Shown here: positions 47,719-58,347 of the stretch, in pieces
Numbering within the stretch: the stretch's first letter is position 1
Layout of the letters: each line of letters starts with the position of its first letter
Assembly: GCA_965649225.1 (NCBI GenBank)
Contig: CBFGJX010000001.1
Coordinates: 41,899-105,898, forward strand
From: a candidate division WOR-3 bacterium
Lineage (GTDB): Bacteria; Hydrothermota; Tepidihabitantia; Tepidihabitantales; Tepidihabitantaceae
Length of the DNA: 64,000 bases
Direction: 5' to 3'
Program-made: the position numbers and the translations under genes
Notes under the pieces: model-generated
What the model was told of the DNA's origin: nothing
The model's input: only the letters and a program-made list of their open reading frames with translations
The model's database searches: none

Positions 47719-49065
47719 GTGGTGCCCAAGCCACCTGCTGTGCCGTACCGGCCTCTGCCCTGGCGCACACTCGTACTGCTGGCCGTTACTGCCACGCTGC
47801 TACGACTGGGATTGGCGCTGAGTTACCGGACTCACACTTTTCACTATCCTGACCTGCCTCGCTGTCCCGAAGAACTGACCCTGCTCACGACCGGTACTGC
47901 CTGCATCGACCCCGACCAGTATCTGCGACTTGGCCAAAGCATTGCCTGCGGACACCGGTTCTGGCTCGACAACCGGCCTCACACCTTCCGCACCCCGGGC
48001 TATCCCCTGCTGATTGCTGCAGTTGGGAGCAATATCCCGCTGCTGGTGGTACTGCAGAGCATCTTTGGCGGTATCGCCGTACTGTTGCTGGGTATTACCG
48101 GTTGTCGGCTGGCCGGTCGGCTCGCCGGTACAACCGCTGCCGCCCTGCTGACATTTGACATTTCTGGACTCCTCCACGCCGGGATGGTGATGAGCGAACC
48201 GCTTTTCTCCCTGCTACTCGTCGTCGGTCTGGGGTTGTATCTAAGTCGTCACCGGTCTGCCGCCGCACTGCTTTTCGGCGCCGCAGTGCTGGTCCGACCA
48301 GTCGGGGCAATACTGCTTCTTCCTTTTTCTCTTCACCTTATCGCCGAGCGCCGCTGGAAAACACTGGCAATATTTGTCCTGTTCTTTTCGCTGGTGCCGG
48401 CGGGCTGGATTGCAAGGAACTTCTGGCACTATCGGCATTTCGGGCTGGCGACAGCCAGCAGCTACAACAACTTCAACAGCGCCATCCGGCTTGTCGCCAG
48501 CGCCAGCAACAAGGACTATCAAAATCTCCGTGACTCAATTGCTGCGCAAGCAGTTACCGCAGTGCCACCCGACAACCCGCTGGCGTTGGCCGCCGAACTT
48601 GACCGTCGCGCACTGGCAATCACCATCAACCAGCCGTTCCGGTCGGTATCCCGCTGGGCCCTCGCAATCCCGCGGCTGCTGTTCTCGCTCAAGTCCGACG
48701 ACATCTTTCTCCGTCTGACCAGCGACCGGGCAGCTACCAGCCGGATCCGCAACCGGTTGCCGCCAGCTCTCACGAGCGGCTCTGACCTGCTTTTCTGGCT
48801 TACGGCTGGATGGGAACTGCTGTCCCTGACCGGATCGCTGCTGCTGGCTGGCATCGCCCTGCTGCGTGCCCGCGAACGGCGAGTCGCCCTGCTGCTCGCC
48901 GGGACCGGCTTTGCTCTCATCGCCACTGCTTCACCACTGATTGACGGCCGCTACCGCGACCCGGCGCTGCCAGCGCTGTATCTGCTGGCCGGCATCGGGC
49001 TGGCGACCCTGTCCCGGCCCGCCGCAACGACCGGCACAACCCAGCCACGCTCTCCTGCAGCTTGA
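47719..49065 (+). CDS. GT-C fold membrane glycosyltransferase (ArnT/PMT-like)
   Basis: Multiple TM segments; D..QY, RTPGYP, MSEPLF, LVRP, GRY motifs. Confidence 0.65.
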   Translation: MVPKPPAVPYRPLPWRTLVLLAVTATLLRLGLALSYRTHTFHYPDLPRCPEELTLLTTGTACIDPDQYLRLGQSIACGHRFWLDNRPHTFRTPGYPLLIAAVGSNIPLLVVLQSIFGGIAVLLLGITGCRLAGRLAGTTAAALLTFDISGLLHAGMVMSEPLFSLLLVVGLGLYLSRHRSAAALLFGAAVLVRPVGAILLLPFSLHLIAERRWKTLAIFVLFFSLVPAGWIARNFWHYRHFGLATASSYNNFNSAIRLVASASNKDYQNLRDSIAAQAVTAVPPDNPLALAAELDRRALAITINQPFRSVSRWALAIPRLLFSLKSDDIFLRLTSDRAATSRIRNRLPPALTSGSDLLFWLTAGWELLSLTGSLLLAGIALLRARERRVALLLAGTGFALIATASPLIDGRYRDPALPALYLLAGIGLATLSRPAATTGTTQPRSPAA

Positions 49066-49113
49066 CTTCGCACCGCCGGTGGCTATCTTTTGCCCTAAAC
49101 TCCGGGAGCTGAG

Positions 49114-50091
49114 TTGCCAGATAAATACCGAATCGGCTTTTACTGGGCCGCCTCCTGTGGCGGCTGTGAGATTGCCGTCCTTGATACCAACGAGAAGATT
49201 CTGGATGTCCTGTCGAAGGCCGAAATCATACTCTGGCCGGTGGCAGTTGACACCAAGTATGCCGACGTGCGGGCATTGCCGGACGGTGCCATCGACGCCT
49301 GTTTCTTCAACGGCTCCATCCGTAACTCCGAACAGCAGGAGATTGCCGAGCTGCTGCGTCGCAAGTCCAAGCTGCTGTTCGCATTCGGCTCCTGCGCCCA
49401 GCACGGCTGCATTCCCGGACTGGCCAACCTGCACAGCCGGGCCGAGATCTTCAAAACTGCCTACCACAACGAACCTTCGGTCACCAACCCCGAGAAGGTC
49501 GAACCGGCAACGCGGGTAACAGTACCGGAGGGCGAACTGACCCTGCCCGAGTTCTACGACCGCGTCTATCCTCTTGACCGCGTTGTGACGGTCGATTATT
49601 ACCTGCCCGGGTGCCCACCACCGGTAGCGCTGATCAGCGAAGCCTGGGACATGCTCTTCTCTGGACGCCTGCCGGCCCGGGGCAGCGTCCTGGCGCCAGC
49701 CAAAGCGCTCTGCGAGGAATGTCAGCGCAACAAGCACACCGCCAAACGGATGCCCGACATCAAACGAACCTGGGAGGTCGCTGCCGACCCCCAGACCTGC
49801 TTTCTTGAGCAGGGCATCGTCTGCATGGGACCGGCAACCCGCGGCGGCTGCGGTCAGCGCTGCATCAACGGCAACTGGCCCTGCACCGGCTGCATGGGAC
49901 CGATGCCCGACGTGGAAGACCAGGGTAGCAAGATGGTATCAGCGCTGAGTGCCATCCTGAAGCTCGACGAGGAAAAAGACCTTGGTGACGCCGGCACCGA
50001 GCAACTGATGGCCAAGGTCAAAGACCCGGTCGGCACCTTCTACATGTATGGGCTGGCCGGTTCAACACTCAATCAGGGAAGAAAACAGTAA
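49114..50091 (+). CDS. mvhG: Group 3c-type [NiFe]-hydrogenase small subunit (MvhG-like)
   Basis: ASCGGCE, FGSCA..GCIPGLAN, PGCPP, LCEEC, CFLEQG..CMGPAT..GC. Upstream promoter TTGACT-N16-TATCTT (49062-49089). Confidence 0.88.
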   Translation: MPDKYRIGFYWAASCGGCEIAVLDTNEKILDVLSKAEIILWPVAVDTKYADVRALPDGAIDACFFNGSIRNSEQQEIAELLRRKSKLLFAFGSCAQHGCIPGLANLHSRAEIFKTAYHNEPSVTNPEKVEPATRVTVPEGELTLPEFYDRVYPLDRVVTVDYYLPGCPPPVALISEAWDMLFSGRLPARGSVLAPAKALCEECQRNKHTAKRMPDIKRTWEVAADPQTCFLEQGIVCMGPATRGGCGQRCINGNWPCTGCMGPMPDVEDQGSKMVSALSAILKLDEEKDLGDAGTEQLMAKVKDPVGTFYMYGLAGSTLNQGRKQ

Positions 50092-51554
50092 TGCCCCGCC
50101 GTATAACGATTGACCCGATTACCCGGCTCGAAGGCCACGGCAAGATCGAGATTTTTTTGAACGAGCAGGGCGAGGTTGAAAACGCCTATCTTCAGGTACC
50201 GGAACTGCGCGGGTTTGAGCAGTTCTGCGTCGGCCGCAAGGCCGAGGACATGCCCCAGCTCACTTCCCGCATCTGCGGCGTCTGTCCGGTCGCCCATCAC
50301 TACGCCTCGGTCAAGGCGCTTGACGCCGCTTTTGGCGTAGAGCCAACGCCGCTTGCCCGCAAGCTGCGTGAACTGATTTACTGCGGCTACGTCATCTACG
50401 ACCATATTCTCCATTTCTATTTCCTGGGCGGGCCGGATTTCGTCGTCGGCCCCGACGCCCCGAAAGACAAGCGCAACATCATCGGCGTGATCGAGAAGGT
50501 CGGGCTGGATACCGCCAAAGAAGTGATCAAGCACCGGGCCTTCGGGCAGAAGATCACCGAAATCCTCGGCGGCAAGCCAACCCACCCGGTATCGGGCGTC
50601 CCCGGCGGCCAGACCAAGGGCCTGACCGAGGCCGAACGCAGCGAAATCGAGGCAATGGCCCGGTCTTGCGTCAATTTCGCCGAATTCTCGCTTGGACTGT
50701 TCAACGACATCGTACTCAAGAACCCGGCCTACATGAACCTGGTTACCGACCCCCGCTACAGCCATCCAACCTACAATATGGGCTTGGTCGACGATGCCAA
50801 TCGAGTCAGTTTCTATGACGGCCGGATCCGTGTTACGGCTCCCGACGGCCGCGAGTTTGTCAAATTCAGCGCCAGTGAGTACCTTGACCATATCGCCGAA
50901 CAGGTCCTTGACTGGAGCTATGTCAAAGTACCCTATCTGAAGGCGATCGGTTACCGGGGATTTGTCGCCGGCGCCGACTCCGGCCTCTATCGCGTCGGGC
51001 CGCTTGGCCGGCTCAACGCCGCCGACGGCATGGCAACACCGAAAGCCGATGCCGAGTATCGCCGGTTCTACGGCACCTTCGGGACTAAACCGGTAAACTC
51101 GACCCTGGCGTTCCACTGGGCCCGGCTGATTGAGCTGCTCTATGTCGCCGAGCGGGCGGTTGAACTGGCCTCCGATGCCGAAATCACCGGCACCGCACTC
51201 CGCAACCTGAACTACCGGATGCAGGAACAGGGCGTCGGTGTGGTCGAGGCTGCCCGCGGTACGCTCTACCATCACTACTGGCTGACCGAAGACCGACTGA
51301 TCAGCAAGGTCAACCTCATCGTTGCTTCGACCAACAACATTGGGCCGATGAACATGTCGGTCCGCGACGCCGCCCGCGGCCTGATCCACAACGGCAACCC
51401 CGACGAAGGACTGGTCAACACGGTGGAAATGTTCTATCGTGCCTACGATCCTTGTCTGGCCTGCGCCAGTCACGTCGCCGGTCGCACACCGTTGGAAATC
51501 TGCATTCACAGCGCTGATGGCCGCCCGACCCACCGGCTCGGCAACGGCGGCTAA
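50091..51554 (+). CDS. mvhA: Group 3c-type [NiFe]-hydrogenase large subunit (MvhA-like)
   Basis: [35 protein letters not shown] followed by a cleavable C-terminal tail. Confidence 0.9.
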   Translation: MPRRITIDPITRLEGHGKIEIFLNEQGEVENAYLQVPELRGFEQFCVGRKAEDMPQLTSRICGVCPVAHHYASVKALDAAFGVEPTPLARKLRELIYCGYVIYDHILHFYFLGGPDFVVGPDAPKDKRNIIGVIEKVGLDTAKEVIKHRAFGQKITEILGGKPTHPVSGVPGGQTKGLTEAERSEIEAMARSCVNFAEFSLGLFNDIVLKNPAYMNLVTDPRYSHPTYNMGLVDDANRVSFYDGRIRVTAPDGREFVKFSASEYLDHIAEQVLDWSYVKVPYLKAIGYRGFVAGADSGLYRVGPLGRLNAADGMATPKADAEYRRFYGTFGTKPVNSTLAFHWARLIELLYVAERAVELASDAEITGTALRNLNYRMQEQGVGVVEAARGTLYHHYWLTEDRLISKVNLIVASTNNIGPMNMSVRDAARGLIHNGNPDEGLVNTVEMFYRAYDPCLACASHVAGRTPLEICIHSADGRPTHRLGNGG

Positions 51555-51576
51555 AAAATTAGGGGGCCACGCGGCA

Positions 51577-52488
51577 GTGACCGCGGGCAGACACCAGCCG
51601 GTCTCGGTTATCTTTGTCAACCACAACTCCACCGGGCTGTTACAACGGGCCCTCGACTCGCTGCGGACGGCCGAACCGGAACTCCGGCCCGAAATTATCG
51701 TCGTCGATAACGCTTCGCGCGACCGGCTTGAGCTCCGGCGTGTCTGCCAGCGCTTCGGCGCCCGGCTGGTCCTGCGTTCATTCAACTCCGGCTACGGCGC
51801 CGCCGCCAACCGCGGCTTCGCCCTGGCCCGCGGCCAGTTCGTCGCCATCGCCAACCCGGACATCGTGTTTCACGGCGGCGAAATCACCCGGTTGGTACGC
51901 TGTCTTGCCGAAACTGACCAGACCGGTGCGGTTGCGCCGCAGCTGGTCTGGCCGGACGGCCGACCGCAACCCACTGCCCGCCGCTACCCCAGTCTCCGCT
52001 ACGCCCTGGGTGGTCGTCGCTCGCCGCTGGCCCGGCTCCTGCCTGGATTCGGCCATCGTCGGGAATTCCTCTATTGCGGTGTCCACCGCCAGGCCGAGCC
52101 GGTCAGTGTCGAAGCGGTCATCGGCGCCTTTGTCCTTTTCCGACGCACGGCTTTCAGCGCGGTCGGCGGTTTCGATGAGTCCTATCACATGTTCGCTGAA
52201 GACATGGACATCTGCCGCCGGCTCCGCTCTGCCGGCTGGGACGTGCTGCTCGACCCACGTGTCCGGCTCGAACACTTCTACGGTGGCGTCCGCCGCCGTC
52301 GTGCCCGCTACGCCGACCATCAGCGCATCCGTTCGCTGCACCGTTTCATGAGCGAAGGCTACGGTCGCTGCGCTCGACTGGGACTGTTGCTGCTGTTCGG
52401 CTGGTATCTGAGCCTGACCGAAGCAGGCCGGCTGATTGGCATCGGCGAGTTCGAGTATTCCTGGCACCGACCGGAGGCATGCCGGTGA
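51577..52488 (+). CDS. GT2 family glycosyltransferase (WbbL-like)
   Basis: VIFVNHN, IIVVDNAS, N.GYGAAAN, ANPD, FAEDMDICRR. Confidence 0.88.
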   Translation: MTAGRHQPVSVIFVNHNSTGLLQRALDSLRTAEPELRPEIIVVDNASRDRLELRRVCQRFGARLVLRSFNSGYGAAANRGFALARGQFVAIANPDIVFHGGEITRLVRCLAETDQTGAVAPQLVWPDGRPQPTARRYPSLRYALGGRRSPLARLLPGFGHRREFLYCGVHRQAEPVSVEAVIGAFVLFRRTAFSAVGGFDESYHMFAEDMDICRRLRSAGWDVLLDPRVRLEHFYGGVRRRRARYADHQRIRSLHRFMSEGYGRCARLGLLLLFGWYLSLTEAGRLIGIGEFEYSWHRPEACR

Positions 52489-53870
52489 ACCGGTTGCGCC
52501 AGATTCTGTCGGTGGCAACGATGATTGCCGGTGACATTCTCGCGCTGCTGGTCAGTTACGCCGTCGCCTATCTCATCCGCAACCACGTCCTCAGCGGGCT
52601 TTTTGCCATTCTCCCCGAACCGTTGTCAATCGCCACCCTGACCAGCCGCCTGTACCTGCTGGCAATCTACCCGCTCGTATTCGCCTACGAGGGACTGTAC
52701 ACCAAGCGGCTGACTGCCTGGGAAGAAGCCCGGCGCTGTCTGCGCGGAGTCGTTGTCGCCACCGCCTTCGTTTTGATACTGCTGTTCCTCTGGCGCTTCT
52801 GGGTCGTGTCGCGGTTTGTGCTGTTCCTGTCAATGCTGCTGGGCATGGTGCTGATTCCAATCACCCGCGCCGTTGTCCGCCGCCTGCTGGTACGCTCCGG
52901 CCTTGCCCTGCGGCCACTGGTGATTCTGGGCAACGGGTCGATGCCCTCCCGACTGGAAACGGAACTCAATCGTCACTGGACCCAGGGCTACCGCGTAGTT
53001 GAACGCATTTCCGCCATCCCGCCGGGCACCAGCGCGGCTTCAGTGCTGGACTCGATTCGCCATCGCGACGCAACCGTCGTGATTGTCGCCGGTTCTTTTC
53101 CGCCCGAAAAGCTCAAAGAACTGTTCACCGCCGCCGAAAGCCGGTTCGGCGAGGTACTGGCCATTCCCGATGAATCGCTGCTGCACAACACTGCCGCCGA
53201 AGTTGAAAACCTGGGCACGCTGGTCGTCATCAAGTACCGCCATAACCTGCTCCGACCAGTCAACCGCTGGACCAAACGCATCATCGAACTGGTGCTGTGT
53301 CTGCTCCTGATCATCCTGTTGGCACCGCTGCTGTTACTCATCGCCGTTCTGGTGCGGTTGACGTCACCGGGTCCGGCGCTGTTTCAGCAGGTGCGGGTCG
53401 GGCGCTGGCGCCGGCCATTCCGCTGTCTGAAGTTCCGCACCATGTACACCGACGCCGAACAACGGCTGCCGGAAATCCTCTCCCGCGACCCGGCAGCGCG
53501 CGCCGAATGGGAACGCTATGCCCGCATCACCGCTGACCCGCGGGTGACCGGCATTGGCCGCATCCTGCGCCGCTTCAGCCTCGACGAACTGCCCCAGCTG
53601 TTCAACGTTCTCCGGGGCGAAATGGCGCTGGTTGGCCCCCGGCCCTATCTTCCCAGTGAACTCGACCGGGTCGGGCCCGGTATCGACACCATTACTCGGG
53701 TTCGACCGGGCATGACCGGTCTCTGGCAGGTATCGGGCCGGGCTGAACTGCCTTTCACTGAACGGGTGCTGCTCGACGAGTACTACATCCGTAACTGGTC
53801 GCTTTGGATGGATTTTTCCATCCTGCTGCGCACGGTTCGCGCCGTACTTGGCGCCCGGGGCGCCTACTGA
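52479..53870 (+). CDS. Undecaprenyl-phosphate sugar phosphotransferase (WbaP/WcaJ family)
   Basis: [56 protein letters not shown]. Confidence 0.92.
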   Translation: MPVNRLRQILSVATMIAGDILALLVSYAVAYLIRNHVLSGLFAILPEPLSIATLTSRLYLLAIYPLVFAYEGLYTKRLTAWEEARRCLRGVVVATAFVLILLFLWRFWVVSRFVLFLSMLLGMVLIPITRAVVRRLLVRSGLALRPLVILGNGSMPSRLETELNRHWTQGYRVVERISAIPPGTSAASVLDSIRHRDATVVIVAGSFPPEKLKELFTAAESRFGEVLAIPDESLLHNTAAEVENLGTLVVIKYRHNLLRPVNRWTKRIIELVLCLLLIILLAPLLLLIAVLVRLTSPGPALFQQVRVGRWRRPFRCLKFRTMYTDAEQRLPEILSRDPAARAEWERYARITADPRVTGIGRILRRFSLDELPQLFNVLRGEMALVGPRPYLPSELDRVGPGIDTITRVRPGMTGLWQVSGRAELPFTERVLLDEYYIRNWSLWMDFSILLRTVRAVLGARGAY

Positions 53871-53943
53871 GGTGTTTTTGACTTTCGCTTTCGGAATCAG
53901 TAGCATGACAGGTGGCCGACAAGCAGCCGGTTGAGAACAGCCA

Positions 53944-56064
53944 ATGATGACACTGCCACTGCTCCTGGTCGCAGGTCTTGGCGCCTGGCAGTCCTACACC
54001 AACACCAACTTTGTAACCGGCCTGGCCGGCCGCGACTCGGCAATCTGGTGCGCAACACTGGGCGGTGTTGCCCAGCTCGTCAGCCAGCCGGAACCGCGAA
54101 CAGTCCGAACCATTACCAACACCGAGGGATTGAGTGCCAACCGCTGCCTGTGCATCGCCCTTGACCGCGACGGCAACGGCTGGGTCGGCACCCAGAGTGG
54201 CGGACTGGCCGTAGTCATTGCCGACAGCGGCCGAGCCCGGCCCTGGCGACCAAATGACCTGGCGACAACCGTCCGGGCACTGGCCTGGCACGGCGACCGC
54301 CTGCTTGTTGCCACACCCCAGGGGCTTTATGTCATTGACACTCGCGGCACGCTGCTTGACTTCAGTGACGACGACATCCGCCGCTTCTCGGTCACCCGCG
54401 TACCGGAACTGCTGAGCGACATGGTCCTGTCACTTGCCGTCCACGACGGCTATTGGATCGGTACCAACCGCGGCCTGACCCGGGTGGACACAACGCTGTC
54501 AGTCTGGCGCTCCTGGCGGGCGCCGCTGGGCGACTCAGTCAGCGCAATCGCCGCCTGGCGTGACAGTCTGCTGGTCGGCACCGAACTGGGCGTTGTCCTG
54601 CTGGACTCAACCGGATTTCGTACCGTGCTCAGTTTCAACCGCGCCACTCGGCTTTTCTCAATCGTCACCTCCCTCTCGTCAATCTATGTCGCAACCGAAG
54701 CCGGTCTTTATGAAGCCGACCGGCCGGTGAGCTGGCGGTTTCAGCGTGTACTTGAACTCGATGTCCGTTCGGTCTACATTGGCCGGGAAATCTGGGTCGG
54801 TTGTGGCGGCAACGAACGCTCGGGCAACGGCCTGCGCTATCTGGTCTCCGGCCAGTCCTGGTCTCCGTACAGCCACCCGGCAATCCAGAGCGGTGAGATT
54901 TCCGACTGCGCGGTCGGACCGCGCGGCGACATCCTGCTTACCCACACCAGCCAGGCCATCAGCTGGATAACCCCGGACCGCAACTTCTGGGCTCTGTTCA
55001 GCATCCTGCCGGTGCCGCGTCAGGTCAGAGTGGATTCCCGCGGCCGCTTCTGGTTCGCCCACTTTGCTTTTGACGGCGGGCTGGCCTGGTACGACCCGGC
55101 AACCGGCGAGTGGGAAAGCTATCAGTGGGGACCGACATCAGCACGCAATATCATCACCGCTTTTGGCATTGACCGCCACGACACGAAATGGATGTTCAAC
55201 GGCGGCACCGTAATCATCGCACTTGACTCGGCCGGCGAACAGGAAGTTTTCGAAATCCCCGGCCTCGCCAACACCCCTGGCGGCGGTTATGAGTTTGCCT
55301 TTGACGATTCCGGTCGGGCGTGGGTTGGGCTGACCGTTGGACTGGTGATGGTTGACTACAACAACACCCTGCACGACCGTTCCGACGACCGCTTCGCAAT
55401 CTATTCGGCCGGCCTGCCGACGGCCGAGGTACGTTCGGTCGCGGTTGACCAGGGTGGCGGCGTCTGGTGCGCAACCGGCCAGTGTGTCGCCCGCTGGGAC
55501 GGCCGGCAGTTCCGGGTGTTCACCACTGCCAACAGCGGCCTGCTCTCCGATAACAACTACCGGGTCCGGGTCGATGCCTCCAACCGGGTCTGGATACTGA
55601 GTGATGCCGGGCTGTCAATCTTCGACCAGATCCGCAACACCTGGCAGAACTACACTCCTCAGAACAGTGGCCTGATTGCCAATATCCTCGCCACCCGCGG
55701 CTTCTATTCCAGCATCGCGCTCCAGGACAGCATCGGCACCGCACTGGTTGGCACCGGTGCCGGCCTGTCAGTATTCAGCTTCGCCCTGCCGCCGCTCAGC
55801 GAAGCCTCCGGTATGCGAGTCTATCCCAATCCCTGCATCCTCGGCCGTCACGGCGGCATCGTCATCGACAGCCTCCCGGACGACGCAGTTCGGCTGGAAA
55901 TCCGAACACTCACCGGTCGAGCGATTGGCCGGCTGAAAATCAACCACGCCCTGCATCAGGCGGCGTGGAATCCGCCCGAAAACACACCGAGCGGCATCTA
56001 CCTTGTAATGCTGGAAACCCCGCGCGGCATCAGGGTCGAACGCGTGGCGCTGGTCAGGCCCTAG
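53944..56064 (+). CDS. Secreted beta-propeller protein with T9SS-type C-terminal domain (PorZ-like)
   Basis: Signal peptide, Reg_prop-like repeats (D..G..W.GT..GL), C-terminal VYPNP...SGIYLVML..RVALVRP. Confidence 0.75.
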   Translation: MMTLPLLLVAGLGAWQSYTNTNFVTGLAGRDSAIWCATLGGVAQLVSQPEPRTVRTITNTEGLSANRCLCIALDRDGNGWVGTQSGGLAVVIADSGRARPWRPNDLATTVRALAWHGDRLLVATPQGLYVIDTRGTLLDFSDDDIRRFSVTRVPELLSDMVLSLAVHDGYWIGTNRGLTRVDTTLSVWRSWRAPLGDSVSAIAAWRDSLLVGTELGVVLLDSTGFRTVLSFNRATRLFSIVTSLSSIYVATEAGLYEADRPVSWRFQRVLELDVRSVYIGREIWVGCGGNERSGNGLRYLVSGQSWSPYSHPAIQSGEISDCAVGPRGDILLTHTSQAISWITPDRNFWALFSILPVPRQVRVDSRGRFWFAHFAFDGGLAWYDPATGEWESYQWGPTSARNIITAFGIDRHDTKWMFNGGTVIIALDSAGEQEVFEIPGLANTPGGGYEFAFDDSGRAWVGLTVGLVMVDYNNTLHDRSDDRFAIYSAGLPTAEVRSVAVDQGGGVWCATGQCVARWDGRQFRVFTTANSGLLSDNNYRVRVDASNRVWILSDAGLSIFDQIRNTWQNYTPQNSGLIANILATRGFYSSIALQDSIGTALVGTGAGLSVFSFALPPLSEASGMRVYPNPCILGRHGGIVIDSLPDDAVRLEIRTLTGRAIGRLKINHALHQAAWNPPENTPSGIYLVMLETPRGIRVERVALVRP

Positions 56065-56072
56065 CAGGCCAA

Positions 56073-56234
56073 TCAGCGCTTGCGGCGCGGCTGGTGGCCG
56101 GCCGGTCGCACGTCGTCTTCCTCAGTTTCCTCCATGCACGACTCAAAGTAACGGCACTCCGGACAGCAGTCATCATCGCGGACTTTGCCCTTGGCCAGAC
56201 AGTGATCGTAGCCAGAGCAAGCACGACAGCACAT
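56073..56234 (-). CDS. 53-aa Cys-rich metallothionein-like peptide
   Basis: Below the track cutoff. AGGAGG RBS 9 nt before ATG; MCCRACSGYDHCLAKGKVRDDDCCPECRYFESCMEETEEDDVRPAGHQPRRKR. Confidence 0.75.
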   Translation of the reverse strand: MCCRACSGYDHCLAKGKVRDDDCCPECRYFESCMEETEEDDVRPAGHQPRRKR

Positions 56235-56279
56235 TGACGCAGACCTCCTTTTGATTGCTATTGAACACCATTGTCGGTA

Positions 56280-57119
56280 TCAGCCTGCCGACCGGCGCGC
56301 CAGCAGCAGCACCAGCTCGCGCACCAGCTCAGCGGTCACTACTGCACCCACTCCGGGTTGGTGACCACGCGGACAAAACTCGACGATGTCGGCACCGACG
56401 ACCGTGGCACTGCCGAACAGCGCCAGTGCCTCCGCCAGCTCCCGGAAACTGCAGCCACCCGGCTGCGGCGTCTGTACCTCGGGCATGAACGCCGGGTCAA
56501 TCACATCCAAATCCAGCGTTAGATAAACCGGCCGCGCGCCCAGTTGCCGGACGACCGTCTGCACCGGCTTCAGGACGTCGAAAGGATAGAGATTTGGCGC
56601 AGTCAGCTCGTCCGCGCCGGCAAACGAACGAATCCCAAGCTGGAAAAGCCGCTCACGTGGAACAACATCCAGTACCCGCCGCATCGCCGTGGCATGGCAT
56701 TCCCGTTCGCCCAGAAACTCATCGCGCAGATCGGAATGAGCATCGAACTGGACCACACACAGTTCGGGACAGGCGCTGAGCATCGCCCGGACAATCGGCG
56801 GCGTGATGCTGTGTTCGCCACCGATGGCCAGAAGCCGCCGTCCCTGCTCCAGCCAGCTCTGGGCCGTTTGCTCGATCAGCTCCAGTGGCGCCCGCGGAGC
56901 AGCAAACTCGAACGTCAGATTGCCGGCATCAAATACCGGTACGGTACTGACGTCCCGGCGCTGATACGGACTGAAACTTTCAATATTGTCGGCACCGATC
57001 CGGGCAAAATCCGGACCGAAACGGGTGCCGGGAGAAAAAGAACTGGTGCGGTCTAACGGCATGCCCAGCAGCACGACATCCGCCGACCGCTCATCGGCAG
57101 TTGCGTAGTAAAACGCCAT
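56280..57119 (-). CDS. speB: Agmatinase (ureohydrolase family)
   Basis: G.P.D.TSSF.PGTRFGP, GGEHS, DAHSD, DLDVIDP, TPQPGG. Start at ATG 57119 follows TTGACT-N16-TATGCT. Confidence 0.9.
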   Translation of the reverse strand: MAFYYATADERSADVVLLGMPLDRTSSFSPGTRFGPDFARIGADNIESFSPYQRRDVSTVPVFDAGNLTFEFAAPRAPLELIEQTAQSWLEQGRRLLAIGGEHSITPPIVRAMLSACPELCVVQFDAHSDLRDEFLGERECHATAMRRVLDVVPRERLFQLGIRSFAGADELTAPNLYPFDVLKPVQTVVRQLGARPVYLTLDLDVIDPAFMPEVQTPQPGGCSFRELAEALALFGSATVVGADIVEFCPRGHQPGVGAVVTAELVRELVLLLARRSAG

Positions 57120-57210
57120 CGGCCGTACCAGCATAGCCGGCGGTTGTGGCCAGTCAAGCGCCCGTGGCCGGAAAGTTGACAAGCCCCGGACAGCGACTAC
57201 CGTCAGGCAA

Positions 57211-58347
57211 TTGCGGATTCTGATATCGGCGGCAGAACCTTCGGCTGAGCTCCTCGGCCAACTGCTCAGTCGTGCGATTACTGACCGTATCGCCACGGCC
57301 CGGTTCGAAAGACCGTTGCTCACCCGACCGAACGTAATTGGATTCATTGAAGGCGCTGCCGCCGCGCTCAATCTGCGCCGAGACCTGATTCGCACCGGTC
57401 GGGCAATTCGCCACGCCAGACCCGACCTGGTCATTCTGATTGCCTATCCCGGGTTCAATCTCCCCCTCGGTCGCCACTGTCGCCGGCTTGGCATTCCTGT
57501 CCTTTGGCTTGCCCCACCGCAAATCTGGGCTTGGGGCCGCCGCCGCGCCATGCTGCTGCGCCGCGCCGCCGATGAAGTTGTCTGCCTGTTCGGTTTCGAA
57601 CTGCCGCTGCTTCGTGCTGCCGGTGTTTCAGCCCACTATTTCGGCTGGCCGCTGCTGGACTATGTCAGCGCCCGGCTGAAAACCGACCCGGCCGCCGATC
57701 CGCCCGGCGGCATCGCCTTTCTGCCCGGTTCACGGCCTGCCGAACAACGCTGGCACATACCGTTTTTTGAGCAAGTGATGGCCCAGATTCGTACCCGGCG
57801 GCCTGACATCACCGGCACCATCTCACTGCCTGCCGGCTGCCAATGTTCAGCATCGCTACGGCCGGCCGCCGGCAGCCAGTACGCCCTGATGCGCGACGCC
57901 GATTGCGTCGCCCTCGCATCAGGAACCGCAACTCTTGAAGCAACTGTTGCCGGCACGCCGATGGTGGTCAGCTATCACCTGCCCCGACTTTCGCATCTTA
58001 TTGCGCACCGCCTTGTCCACACCCGCTGGTTTGCCCTCCCCAACATCATTGCCCGTGCGCCAGTTGTGCCGGAAATGCTCAACCCGAAGCCGCAGGACAC
58101 CGCTGCGGCAATTCTGCGGCTCCTCGCCGACCGTGCGGCAGCAAAAGCCAGGCTGAAAAAAGTGACAGCGCTGCTCGGCCCGAGCCGGGCAATCGATTCA
58201 ATCGCCGATCTGGCAGTGCAGCTGGCGCGCCGGCCGAAGGTCAGCGCACCGGTGCCGGCTTCAGGCTCACGAACCGGGCGGAGACCTCCGCCCCGAGCCA
58301 CAGCCCTCAACAGGCCGAACTGCCCGAACCGAACGACTCCAGCGTAA
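57211..58347 (+). CDS. lpxB: Lipid-A-disaccharide synthase (compact form)
   Basis: MRILISAAEPS, AYPGFN, PPQIWAW, FLPGSR, ASGTATLE, LPNII. Confidence 0.85.
   Translation: MRILISAAEPSAELLGQLLSRAITDRIATARFERPLLTRPNVIGFIEGAAAALNLRRDLIRTGRAIRHARPDLVILIAYPGFNLPLGRHCRRLGIPVLWLAPPQIWAWGRRRAMLLRRAADEVVCLFGFELPLLRAAGVSAHYFGWPLLDYVSARLKTDPAADPPGGIAFLPGSRPAEQRWHIPFFEQVMAQIRTRRPDITGTISLPAGCQCSASLRPAAGSQYALMRDADCVALASGTATLEATVAGTPMVVSYHLPRLSHLIAHRLVHTRWFALPNIIARAPVVPEMLNPKPQDTAAAILRLLADRAAAKARLKKVTALLGPSRAIDSIADLAVQLARRPKVSAPVPASGSRTGRRPPPRATALNRPNCPNRTTPA

Noticed and set aside
50073-51785. 570-aa antisense ORF
   Set aside because: Reverse-frame shadow of mvhA caused by high-GC codon bias.
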